From: Macrostomum lignano
Taxonomy: Eukaryota
Reading direction: 5' to 3'
Assembly: GCA_002269645.1 (NCBI GenBank)
Contig: NIVC01002552.1
Location: forward strand, 62,001 to 126,000
DNA: 64,000 bases
Position 1 is the first letter of the stretch. The number at the start of each line of letters is the position of its first letter. Positions 50,154 through 62,015 of the stretch are shown one piece after another. A program made the translations under genes and the position numbers. The notes below the pieces were generated by a model that saw nothing but the letters and a program-made list of their open reading frames with translations, ran no database searches and had not been told where the DNA came from.

Positions 50154-53100
50154 ATGGTCAGGTTGCTGGCTCTGTCTCTGCTGCTAGCCTGTCTGCTGGG
50201 CCCAGGTAAGTGTTGCCATTGATAAGAGAGCTGCGCGCATCCAACTCGCTTCAGGGGGCGTTGCCAGGATGCTTCATTTGGTCGTTTTCAGGAGTGGGCA
50301 ATTTCATTTGAGGTGGCCCATTTGGTTTCAAGGGCCTCATTGGACTGGGAGATTGCACCAGGTGCATCATTTCATTTGACTGGGACATAGCAACAGGTGC
50401 GCCATTTCATTGGACTGGGAGATTGCACCAGGTGCGCCATTGCATTGGACTGGGACATAGCAACAGGTGCGCCATTTCATTGGACTGGGACACACATGTA
50501 AGCACCAGGTGCGCCATTTCATTGTACTGGGAGATTGCACCAGGTGCGCCATTTCATTGGACTGGGAGATTGGACCAGGTGCGCCATGTTATTGGACTGG
50601 GACATAGCAACAGGTACGCCATTTCATTGGACTGGGACACACATGTAAGCACCAGGTGCGCCATTTCATTGGACTGGGAGATAGCAACAGGTGCGCTATT
50701 TCATTGGACTGGGAGATTGTACCTACAGGTGCGCCATTTCATTGGACTGGGAGATAGCAACAGGTGCGCCATTTCATTGGACTGGGAGATAGCACCTACA
50801 GGTGCGCCATTTCATTGGACTGGGAGATAGCACCTACAGGTGCGCCATTTCATTGGACTGGGAGATAGCACCTACAGGTGCGCCATTTCATTGGACTGGG
50901 AGATTGCACCTACAGGTGCGCCATTTCATTGGACTGGGAGATTGCACCAGGTGCGTCATTTCATTGGACTGGGAGATTGGACCAGGTGCGCCATGTTATT
51001 GGACTGGGAGATTGCACCAGGTGCGCCATTTCATTGGACTGGGAGATTGCACCAGGTGCGTCATTTCATTGGACTGGGAGATTGGACCAGGTGCGCCATG
51101 TTATTGGACTGGGAGATTGCACCAGGTGCGCCATTTCAATGGACTGGGAGATTGCACCAGGTGCGTCATTTCATTGGACTGGGAGATACAGGTAGATTGT
51201 AGCTTCGATCTGTTGCCTCAACATGAGGAGCATATTACTGGTTCCAATGTTCGCTCAAAACGATTAAACCGTCGACAGACAAAAAGTTGAACAAAATTAA
51301 AACAAAAGGATAAAAGTTAACAACTTCAAAAGTTAAACAAAAATGCTCACTTTATTTCAAATTCAACACCATGTAAGCATTGCGGCATTGTGGCCAACAA
51401 GCATGACCAGAATTTCCATCTTTTCTATCCATTTTTCAAAGAAACACAAGCGCATTTAATATTAACAACATCTTTCAATAAATTTTGGAGTAGCTACGCT
51501 AATGCTACGTACACCGAAAGCGGACTTTGATTCACTTTGCAACTCTGCATGGATTTTGCCCCGTATAATTATTGGCTTGCAGAAAAAGCAAGCAGAAATT
51601 GCTGAGGTTGTCGCAAAAGAAGAACCCTTAGAAACTCTAATTGCAGCTTCGCATATAGAAATGAATCATGCAAGTTTTGCTACATCTCGGGTTCTCTCAG
51701 TCTGAATAGGCATCACTGGCACAGGCAAATCTCTGCCCGAATTTTACCTGGGCGGCATTTAATTTACTCGCAAAGGCGAGCTGTAGTTTTCTTTCTCCCG
51801 CGGCGGGGGCGGCTGCACCGAACGGCCTCGCAACCATCAGGCTCAGCTTGCAAATTGTGCATCTATGCGAGATGAGCCTGGCCATTGTGCAGCCCCTCTT
51901 GCACACCTCTTGCTACTCCGCAACGCTGTTCAATTAGACTTTGCAGTAAGAATTTGCTCAGAGAGTTGCGCAGCCTCTTTTAGTCAGCAGAACTTGGCCA
52001 GAGATGAGACGGTCAGGCCTGCAGAACACCACTTTAGGGCTTTGGGGCTGGGGCAGCTGGAGCAAGTAGGGGCCCTTGCCCAATAGACAAGTAAGCCAAA
52101 AATCTTTTTCCAAATGTTCATTTTTGCATTTGCATTCAGTATGTCTGCCAGACCTTCTTATTTTATTAATGGCAATAACTGAATAGCTTTCATAGTGAAA
52201 CACAGGCACAAATTGTTCTGTATTCCAGCATTGTGACAATTCTTGAAGTTGCGAAAATTTTATCTGTACTCGTAATAAGCCAAGCTAAAATCAAATTACA
52301 AGCTCTGGGTGAGCTAAAATGTATGGAAATGACTGGATGGACAATCTTGCACTGTTCAAGGTCAAAATGTTCTCTGTCTACGCTCGAAGGTGATAGCTTA
52401 TGTTGTGTTCAGAAACACTAGAGTTGGTTCGTTTTACTAGTGGTACTAAACAACGTAAATTACTAAATAAAGCCATACTTTTTACTTATTGTACGCCCAT
52501 TTGCGTGATTTCTGATGTGGTCAATGAACTCAGCTTGTTAGTCGTAGCCTGTCCTCGCACGAACCGTTCACAGCCAGGTGCCAAGGATCCATATCCTCCT
52601 CCGCCTCGTCTTCATCAAGCACTGACGTGCGCATCCGGGTGTCGGTGTCCGAGCACCTGGTCACGCTGAGCTGCGACGTGATCGCTACAGGCGCCGGTGC
52701 AGACGATCACAAAGTGCAATTCTACTGCCCTGTGCTGTCAAGCAGCCTGCAGTGCTTCGGCGAGTGCAGCCCGATCTGCAACATGCAGAGCGACGGCAGC
52801 TGCCCAGTGATTGACCCCATTCTCGTGTCGGGCGTCTCCTGTGATAGGACGGTGCGCCCACCGGACGCCAAAACTGTCAGCCTGACGGTGGACACGCGAC
52901 TGCCGCGGTTGGCCGGCGCCTGGAGCTGCAAGTTCCGTGGAGCGGTCAGCGCCACGGTGGACCTGACTGCCTACGTCATGAAGACCACCTTCGCACCGAC
53001 GCAGCCAATGCCTACAGGCAGGCGTGGCGCGGCTGCTGCTGCAGGTGAGTACCTCGAACTGCGACTCGATGCCGCAACTCGGCAGGGATGCCACTAAATT

Positions 53101-56100
53101 TGCGGCTGGCAGAGGTTGTCAAGACCGTTCTGCTGTATATAGTTCGAGATGCTGAGTCTTTTATAAATATAATAGGTTATAGTTTTGCCATAAACTTAAA
53201 TAGAAAACCCAATGAATGCGCGATACTTTCTCCGCCAACGCAGAGTCGCCACCGACCAGCGCGCCCGCCGCAGCCGACTTAGGCGTCTGGAAGCCGGACG
53301 TCAGGCGGTTCCCCGCAGACCTCGCTGCAACGCAGGACGATTTGGACCGGCACCCGAACTGTATGAATTCCCACAGTATATGCTGCACTAGCCGATTAGC
53401 TCACTAATTGCCTTCCATTTCGTCAAAATTCCAGTGGCAAAGTTTGCCCGCACAGACTACATAATTGGGGTGCTCGCAGTCATGTCAGCATCGTTGCTGC
53501 TCAATCTGGGCTTCTGCGTGCGCTGCATCCTGGCAAGGCACTACGTGGGTGAGTTGATTACTTCAACTGCGGTAGTTTTACCATTCAAATTTATTTGTTG
53601 GCAATGATTGTAAAGTAACAACCCAGACACGAACTGCAGACTGCTGCTCACCTACTGTTCAAGACCGGACACTTTAGCGCAGGGGTCGGCAAACCGCCCC
53701 CGGGCCACATGCCGCCCACAAAGCCTCTCTATCCGGCCCTCGGGTTCTTTGAGACTTCACAATAGCAATCCGGCCCGCTCGGTGTTTGTGTCTTCTCAGC
53801 TCTCCTCTCCTCTCTCTTCTCTCATCCCCTCTCCTCTTCTCTAATCTCCTTCCTCTCCTCTCTCCTCTTTCTCCTCTCCTCTCCTCTCCTCTCCTCCTCT
53901 CCTCTTATCCTCTCTTCTCTCCTCTTCTCCTCTTCTCCTCTCCTCTTCTCTTCTCTTCTCTTCTCTTCTCTTCTCTTCTCTTCTAATCTCTTCTCTTCTA
54001 ATCTCTTCTCTTCTCTTCTAATCTCTTCTCTTCTCTTCTCTTCTCTTCTCTTCTCTTCTCTTCTCTTCTCTTCTCTTCTCTTCTCTTCTCTTCTCTTCTA
54101 ATCTCTTCTCTTCTCTTCTCTTCTAATCTCTTCTCTTCTAATCTCTTCTCTTCTCTTCTCTTCTCTTCTCTTCTCTTCTCTTCTCTTCTCTTCTCTTCTC
54201 TTCTCTTCTAATCTCTTCTCTTCTCTTCTCTTCTCTTCTCTTCTCTTCTCTTCTCTTCTCTTCTAATCTCTTCTCTTCTAATCTCTTCTCTTCTCTTCTC
54301 TTCTTTTCTCTTCTCTTCTCTTCTCTTCTCTTCTAATCTATTCTCTTCTCTTCTCTTCTCTTCTAATCTCTTCTCTTCTAATCTCTTCTCTTCTCTTCTC
54401 TTCTCTTCTCTTCTCTTCTCTTCTCTTCTCTTCTCTTCTCTTCTCTTCTCTTCTCTTCTAATCTCTTCTCTTCTCTTCTCTTCTCTTCTCTTCTAATCTC
54501 TTCTCTTCTCTTCTCTTCTCTTCTCTTCTAATCTCTTCTCTTCTAATCTCTTCTCTTCTCTTCTCTTCTCTTCTAATCTCTTCTCTTCTCTTCTCTTCTC
54601 TTCTCTTCTCTTCTCGTCTCTTCTCTTCTAATCTCTTCTCTTCTAATCTCTTCTCTTCTCTTCTCTTCTTTTCTCTTCTCTTCTCTTCTCTTCTCTTCTA
54701 ATCTATTCTCTTCTCTTCTCTTCTCTTCTCTTCTCTTCTAATCTATTCTCTTCTCTTCTCTTCTCTTCTCTTCTCTTCTCTTCTCTTCTCTTCTAATCTA
54801 TTCTCTTCTCTTCTCTTCTCTTCTCTTCTCTTCTCTTCTCTTCTCTTCTCTTCTCTTCTAATATCTTCTCTTCTAATATCTTCTCCTCTATTTCGTCTCT
54901 CTTCTTTATTCTCTCGCCTCTTTTTTATCCTCTGTCCCCTCCCATGTCCCGCAGTCATGCGCCAGGTAACCAAGGTTCTGTATCTGGCCCTTGAGGTAAA
55001 AAAGTTGCCCACCCTGCTTTAGCGGAATGCTAATCTTCATTCCCGCATTTCCGCATTCAGCCAAACAAATTTCTCTGCCTCCCAGCGCCATGAGTTGGCT
55101 GAATAAATCGAATTTCCGTTTTCCTTGTTTGAGTGCCTTCTGGAGACGCAAAATTGGCTATACGCCGAAATGAGGGGAGGAGTTATCGCAGTGTACTTTA
55201 AATTGGTTTTCAATCCTGACCGCAGATTTTGCCTGGCTGCCTGCGGTTCCGACCTCGCTGGGACAAGGAAACAGAGCGCTGGGGGGGGGGCTTGAAGAGG
55301 GGCGTGGGAGGCCGGAAGCGAGCGCTGGTGGCGAGTAGAATTTCTGGAACGAGCGAGTTAACAAGCTGAGAGCTGAGGCAAATTGAAAGTGCGTCTTCAA
55401 CATCAGCTTCGATTGCCATCATCTCAATCTTCACTTGTTCAGCGCATTCTTGAAACAGACTCTTTGATCAGCTTGTCTTTCCAAGCAATCTATGCCGATT
55501 TTCCCTGAGGAGAATTGCCATTCATCCAATGTTTTCTCAAGCTTATTCTGCAAGTTTCCCTGAATAGTGCTCACTTAAAATTGTGGTAAAATTTCTAGAC
55601 ATTAAAGACCGTCTGAGCGTTGTCGTTGTTGACCGTTGCCCCGGAATTTGAGTCGGCAGAGTCTGGTGCATTTCTTAGAAATCGTCAGCCTGAAAGATCC
55701 TTCGACAACCTCAAAGACGTAGCACAAGTTTTACTGATGAAGTTCCTTCATTGAGCAGTTATCCGAAATTGCAGAAACGCGCAGACGAAACCAGAGGAAG
55801 CCACTGGGTTGGCTGGGCAGCTGCCTCTGCGTGAGCACTGTACAGGTGGATCTGGACGCGGCCGAGGCAGCGCACGGGCAGCAGCGCTCCACCGGCCAGA
55901 GGCAACGCCGGCAAGAGGGCCTGGGTGTGGCCGAGATGAGCACCGGCTCCCAGAATCAGCGGCTTCTGCAGAAGCAGCAGCAGCAGCAGCAGTGCTTGTA
56001 CTGCATGCAGACCGACTGTCGCATTCTCTACGACGACGTTGCTCGCACCGGCAGCGAATGCGGCAGCAGCTGCTTCAGAGGCTACGCAGGCGGCGGTGCC

Positions 56101-56860
56101 GGCGGCTCATTTCGAATGCCGACCGTCAGCGGTCGCGGGGCCGGCTCAATTTCCATGTCGGGGGTGCCCGAAGAGTCTTCGGTGGGGCGCGACGTCGATA
56201 GAGAAGCTGACGCTGCGTCATCCATGGGACAGCAGGTGAGAGGTCTCTGAAATCTTTGAAGTGATGCATGAGTCCGGTTTGAGCATGAGACTTGTGTGAG
56301 CATGAGACTGGTGTGAGCATGAGACTGGTGTGAGCATGAGACTGGTGTGAGCATGAGACTGGTGTGAGCATGAGACTGGTGTGAGCATGAGACTGGTGTG
56401 AGCATGAGACTGGTGTGAGCATGAGACTGGTGTGAGCATGAGACTGGTGTGAGCATGAGACTGGTGTGAGCATGAGACTGGTGTGAGCATGAGACTGGTG
56501 TGAGCATGAGACTGGTGTGAGCATGAGACTGGTGTGAGCATGAGACTGGTGTGAGCATGAGACTGGTGTGAGCATGAGACTGGTGTGAGCATGAGACTGG
56601 TGTGAGCATGAGACTGGTGTGAGCATGAGACTGGTGTGAGCATGAGACTGGTGTGAGCATTGAGTTGAGTCCTCCTTGCATTCATGCTACCGGCAATTGT
56701 GCAGGATGATGCGGGGTCGGACATCTCAGCCTCTGGCGGCGGTGCCGGAAGTCGGCTGGCCCTGAGCCGCCGCATGCTTCGAAAGGCCGACACTCTTCTG
56801 CGAGAGGCGAATTCTCTGCTGGTAGAAACCGAACCCACTACTGACCAGTCTCCTGAGTAG
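50154..56860 (+). CDS. Type I membrane protein with one Cys-rich Ig-like domain (~417 aa); 5 exons: 50154-50205, 52574-53044, 53435-53548, 55775-56235, 56705-56860
   Basis: Signal peptide MVRLLALSLLLACLLGP|ARCQG; VTLSC...AGAWSCKF Ig-like pair; TM IIGVLAVMSASLLLNLGFCV; basic stop-transfer ETRRRNQRK after the splice. Intron phases 1, 1, 1, 0 are compatible and the joined length of 1254 nt is a multiple of 3. Confidence 0.78.
50335..51195. repeat. 34/37/43-bp minisatellite, ~24 copies, in intron 1 of the Ig-like gene
   Basis: Unit ATTGCACCAGGTGCGCCATTTCATTGGACTGGGAG. Confidence 0.96.
53680..55016. mobile_element. Non-autonomous hAT (Charlie-like) element with 8-bp TSD, containing a (TTCTC)n array
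   Basis: Left end CAGGGGTCGGCAAAC...GGGCCACATGCCGCCC...TATCCGGCCC; right end GGCCCTTGAGGTAAAAAAGTTGCCCACCCTG; TSD CTTTAGCG at 53672-53679 and 55017-55024. Confidence 0.85.
53795..54900. repeat. (TTCTC)n polypyrimidine microsatellite, ~1.1 kb
   Basis: CTCTT units with periodic CTAAT variants; CTCTC(C) type at the 5' end. Confidence 0.98.
56280..56660. repeat. 17-bp minisatellite, ~22 near-identical copies, in intron 4 of the Ig-like gene
   Basis: Unit GAGCATGAGACTGGTGT. Confidence 0.98.
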
Positions 56861-57817
56861 TATAGCTTGAGTTTTGTACGAAGCAGCGACCTCCAGTGAC
56901 AAAATGATGAGCAAGTTCTGTAGCGACAGAACTTATTTATTATTCATGCACCTCGATGTTGCTTCCATTTCTGCCGTACTGATTTAAGACTTGAGCATAA
57001 AATTTTTTAATTAATAATTTTTGAACCTCATGCTGTAAAAATAGCAATTCTTGTATGCTTTGGTGTTTCCTCGCAAATATTACTTTAAGTAGCAGTGAAA
57101 GCGGCTGAAAGTCCTATGAATAAAAAGTAATCGAGCTTAGTTGCTTCCTTATTTATAAATTCAATTTCAGAAATTTCAAGCCTCTGAAAAGAGATTCATA
57201 ATGAATTTAAATGATGTTGCTGACGATATATTTTAGCAAAAGAAGATACAAGAAGGTCCCACCTGTGCTCAACAAAAGAAAGAAAGAAGAAAGAAGAAAG
57301 AAAGCAAAAGAAAAGTTCTGAAAAAAGCAAATATAGAAATTTTAACACTCTGATTAATCCAGAATTTTCATACTTGAGGCGTAAGTGCTGTTTCGGAGCC
57401 TTGCTGGAGAGTTCAGTATTTGAGGCTGTCATCAGGCGTCGGGCGTCAGTACTCGAATTCGTGAATCGCTTGCCAAGCCTGTTGCCATGACAACGCTGTA
57501 TGCAAAACCCAAAGTGTCTGACTAAAATCGGATTGTTTAAGAAAAGGAAACTTCACCACAGTCAAATTTTAATAAGAAAATAAACAATAAAGGTTAATGA
57601 GTGTGGCAAAAATCTCAAAAAACTTCTAGACAGTTTCCACTTGTAATTCTACAAATTAAGAAAAACATTCTTGGTCTATAGGTTAAGGAGACCTCAAATT
57701 AGTCAAAAACGAAAGCGGCTTACAAGAGCAGATCCCACTATATCAGATCAATGAAAATCCCATTTGCCTGCGTGCGTCCCACTCAGCCCCAGTGGGATAA
57801 TACCAATATTTGGTGTC

Positions 57818-58975
57818 TTGTTGAGCGCCCCTGTCTCTTGGTGAGCGCCTCTGTCTCTTGGTGAGCGCTCAAGTCTCTTGATGAGCGCCCCTGTCTCTTG
57901 GTGAGCGCTCAAGTCTATTGGTGAGCGCTCAAGGCTCTTGGTGAGCGCTCAAGTCTATTGGTGAGCGCTCAAGTCTCTTGGTGAGCGCTCAAGTCTATTG
58001 GTGAGCGCCCCTGTCTCTTGGTGAGCGCTAAAGTCTATTGGTGAGCGCTAAAGTCTATTGGTGAGCGCTCAAGTCTATTGGTGAGCGCCCCTGTCTCTTG
58101 GTGAGCGCTAAAGTCTATTGGTGAGCGCTAAAGTCTATTGGTGAGCGCTCAAGTCTATTGGTGAGCGCCCCTGTCTCTTGGTGAGCGCTCAAGTCTATTG
58201 GTGAGCGCTCAAGTCTATTGGTGAGCGCCCCTGTCTCTTGGTGAGCGCTCAAGTCTATTGGTGAGCGCTCAAGTCTATTGGTGAGCGCTCAAGTCTATTG
58301 GTGAGCGCCCCTGTCTCTTGGTGAGCGCTCAAGTCTATTGGTGAGCGCTCAAGTCTCTTGATGAGCGGCTCACCCCTGTCTCTTGGTGAGCGGCTCACCC
58401 CTGTCTCTTGGTGAGCGGCTCACCCCTGTCTCTTGGTGAGCGGCTCACCCCTGTCTCTTGGTGAGCGCTCAAGTCTCTTGATGAGCGCCCCTGTCTCTTG
58501 GTGAGCGCTCAAGTCTCTTGATGAGCGCCCCTGTCTCTCGGTGAGCGCTCAAGTCTCTTGGTGAATGCCCCTGTCTCTCGGTGAGCGCTCAAGTCTCTTG
58601 ATGAGCGCCCCTGTCTCTTGGTGAGCGCTCAAGTCTCTTGGTGAATGCCCCTGTCTCTCGGTGAGCGCTCAAATCTCTTGGTGAATGCCCCTGTCTCTTG
58701 ATGAGCGCCCCTGTCTCTTGGTGAGCGCTCAAGTCTCTTGATGAGCGCCCCTGTCTCTCGGTGAGCGCTCAAGTCTCTTGGTGAATGCCCCTGTCTCTCG
58801 GTGAGCGCTCAAGTCTCTTGATGAGCGCCCCTGTCTCTTGGTGAGCGGCTCACCCCTGTCTCTTGGTGAGCGCTCAAGTCTCTTGGTGAATGCCCCTGTC
58901 TCTCGGTGAGCGCTCAAATCTCTTGGTGAATGCCCCTGTCTCTTGGTGAGCGCCCCTGTCTCTTGGTGAGCGCCA
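57818..58975. repeat. 20-bp minisatellite with interspersed variant units
   Basis: GTGAGCGCTCAAGTCT(A/C)TTG, GTGAGCGCCCCTGTCTCTTG, GTGAATGCCCCTGTCTCT(C/T)G and a 24-bp GTGAGCGGCTCACCCCTGTCTCTTG variant. Confidence 0.96.
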
Positions 58976-61289
58976 ATTAAAAGATATGGGGTAAGACTGC
59001 AGGGCAGATAGAGATTATACCACATAGTCAGATACTTTAACCAACGTTCTGCAATGCCGCTTCTACTTTCAAACTCAATTGGAATCCCCTTCTACTCGTC
59101 TATTTCACTCCAAAAAAATTATTTGTTCAAAATGAGGTCTCAGCTGGACTTGCGGTCAGCCGCCGCTCCGAACAAATCCAGCAGCCTCGCCGCCGAAGAG
59201 CCGGCAGCGGCCAATCGCGACGTCGAAGGCGACCGCTGCGTGCGGGAAGTGTAGCAGTGGCCGGCGATGGGCCAGCGACCAATAAATTGGCGTGCACAGC
59301 AGAGATGAGCCAAGCCAACATGACACTGGTAGGTATCATGCTGCCTTTGGTTGGAAAAGAGTTTGCGCGTCCGCTTTTGAGAAAAAATATTTTAACGTAG
59401 CTGCCCTGAAACTTGTTGGATCTGACAATTTCCAGTCAGACCAGACCTGGGCACCTCCAATCAGACCAGAACTAAGCACTCCCATTTAGATACACGCAAC
59501 TACAAGTAGACACACAAAGCCAATGAATATTTTTCATTAAAACTGAATTTCTATCTGTCAAAACTCGTGTCTAACCTGCTGTGAGCTTGAGTGCTTTTTC
59601 TAAATCGCTAACTATCTCGTGCGAACGAGTTCAACTGGATTCGACAGGCTGCTGGCAAGAGGCCCACAGAGCCTCTGATTTCGCAGGGCTCCGGCTGCTT
59701 TTTGAGCACATTTTTGCATCCACCGCAGGTTCAACTGCTGACAGGTCGGATTTTATTGCTTATTTAATTTGAACAAAATTCCTCCTTCACGTACGTAGAA
59801 GTAGCCTCAAGTGCTTTTGTAGTCATGCTGGTTTCAATTCCGCTTTGACATTTTTGCGCAGGTTCAAGTGCAAGGAAGGTGATCGCAGGAAGCTCACGTG
59901 GAGTTGGTCCTGGGCGTCCTCAGGGAAATACCTGCTGCACGCTGAAGTAGTGACTGAGCAGCTGCAGCTCAGTTGATTGGAAAATCTCGAAATTTCATTT
60001 CCTTTGATACTACTTTCGATGGGGCGTCTCGTCAGAGTTTTTCGCATTAATTTGTGCATCGCATTACATTGGTAGCAAGTTTGACGTCTCAATCGCAAGA
60101 TATGATAGCCCCTTGCAATGAGTACTGCCCCGGAGATGAAATTTGGCTGGAAGCGGAGCTGCTCTTCTTGCTCTATGAATGGCGAGTGGCCCAGCGGGGC
60201 TTAAGTTACATATGTAGCGATATGTTGCCAAGTTACATGGAGCTAACAGAGTTTTTTCGTCATCATGTACACTTGAGAGTCCATTCCATTGCATATGGAT
60301 GTTTAGGAGATATCACACTCACTGCACCAGCACCTACATTTACATAAGTTGCTATTAGTGCATGATATATGCTTGAAATATTCCTGCATCAATGAATATA
60401 GTTAAGGTTAGGATAGGCGAAATTTGATGCATTTTGTGGCTAGCAAGAGTTGATGCAAGCTTGTACAGCTGCGTACTAACCAAGACCTACTGTGCTTAAC
60501 TGGAAGCGCTTGACGGGCAATGCGCTAAGCTTAGTGGGCGGTTCTCAGTGCCATTGTGCAACAAGTTTTGCCAGCCCCGTTCCGCAGTGCCGAAAAGTTG
60601 ATTGCGCACGGGCACTGAAACTGCAAAGCTGAACGGCGGGAGGCGTCAAGCCATTTTAGTTGTGCGTAATTTGAATTTATATGCAAATTAGAGCGGCAGA
60701 TCGGGGGGGGGGGTTGGAGGAATTCGAAGGGGGCAGAGGCGGAACCAGTTGGTCTGGGGATGCTCAGATCTGCGCAAGGACACGAGAGCTGGACGCGAGC
60801 ATGAGCGGGGTGGACAGAGCAGAGACAAAAGCATGCACTACTGGGCAAAGGAGCTGAGGGAATGCGATGCGGTGTCCTGGGACTGGAGGCCATGGGAATC
60901 GAGGGTAGGTCTGCCTTACTGCAGATTCATCGTCAACTACCAAGCAGAGCGACAGTCAATCAATTCGAATATTGTGAATCTATTCTTAGTGTTAAATTTA
61001 AATAACTTCAAAAGAGGAAAAGTCTGTGGACATTACACAAAGCTACGCGCCTCTGCATTGTAGCTCATTTCTGCCGTCTGCAGCCCATCCATATTAGTGT
61101 TATAGTTAGCGGGGCCCTTTGAGACTGTCTATGGTAAAATCCCATTTACTTCTGGCATCTACTTCTGGCAAAGTCAGAAGACAGCGGGGTCAAGGGGGCG
61201 CTAAGCACGCCAGCACTCTAGAAAAAGAAAGAAAGAAATCTAAGAAATTGTCTATGGCCAAAACTCCTTATTTTGTGAGTCGAAAAATA

Positions 61290-62015
61290 TAGAATTTTGC
61301 AGCCCATTTGGGCTTACGCGCTTTTAATTTAATCCAAGATACGTTTGCCAATGTAACAGAGCTTTTGTCTATGGTAGCAAGGCTGGCGCAGCGGCATTTA
61401 ATTTGGTCCAAACACTCGTGAGCCATTGGACAAACTCTTGCCTTCTCTCAACCGTCTGCAGGTTGTTGCGCACCGCTGGAATGTCAGCGTCTCTACCAGC
61501 AATTTTCAGTTGCTTTCCCAGAGCTCTGCTGATAGTCAAAATCTGATAACCAACTAGAACTGTTCCCTCAACTTCTGCTGCATTTCGGCAACGTCAACAA
61601 AGGGTTCGTCTCCACTGCATCGAGTAGCAGTTGGACCTGAGGCTCTCGAGCAACTTTCCTTGGCGATTGCCACCCTTTCGCAGGCAATCTCTGCCGGCAG
61701 AGTTTCAAGGCGCTGCTGGATGCTGTAAACCACCTTTTCTTTTACATTCAGCAACCTTGCAATGTCCTTTGGGTGTTCACCTCCGTCGAGTGCTTCGATC
61801 ACAAGCCAATGACATTCGTTCAACAGCCTAGCATATGGTCCACAATTCTGGGACTGAGCTGCAAATGAACTAAATGGACCAAATTGATGCTTGTTGGACC
61901 AAATTAAATGCCGCTGTGCCAGCCTTGCTACCATAGACAAAAGCTCCATTACTTTGACAAACACATCTTGGATTAAATTCAATGCGCGTAAGCCCAAATG
62001 GGCTGCAAAAAGCTA
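61290..62015 (-). mobile_element. Non-autonomous TIR transposon (~120-bp TIRs, TA flanks) with an HTH remnant; Tc1/mariner-like
   Basis: TA|TAGAATTTTGCAGCCCATTTGGGCTTACGCGC...GGTCCAAACA and TGTTGGACC...GCGCGTAAGCCCAAATGGGCTGCAAAAAGCTA|TA; interior minus frame LVIEALDGGEHPKDIARLLNVKEKVVYSIQQRL (HTH-like). Confidence 0.72.

Noticed and set aside
53640-53677. Alternative short exon 4 (CAG|ACTGC...TAG) for the Ig-like gene
   Set aside because: It would end at a stop inside the hAT TSD. The 55775 acceptor gives a much better post-TM basic cluster and a long biased frame.
59100-60900. GC-rich patches and short ORFs (59127-59339, 59823-60347, 60531-61063)
   Set aside because: No consistent frame, motif or phase-compatible splice chain could be built; possibly decayed coding or TE sequence.
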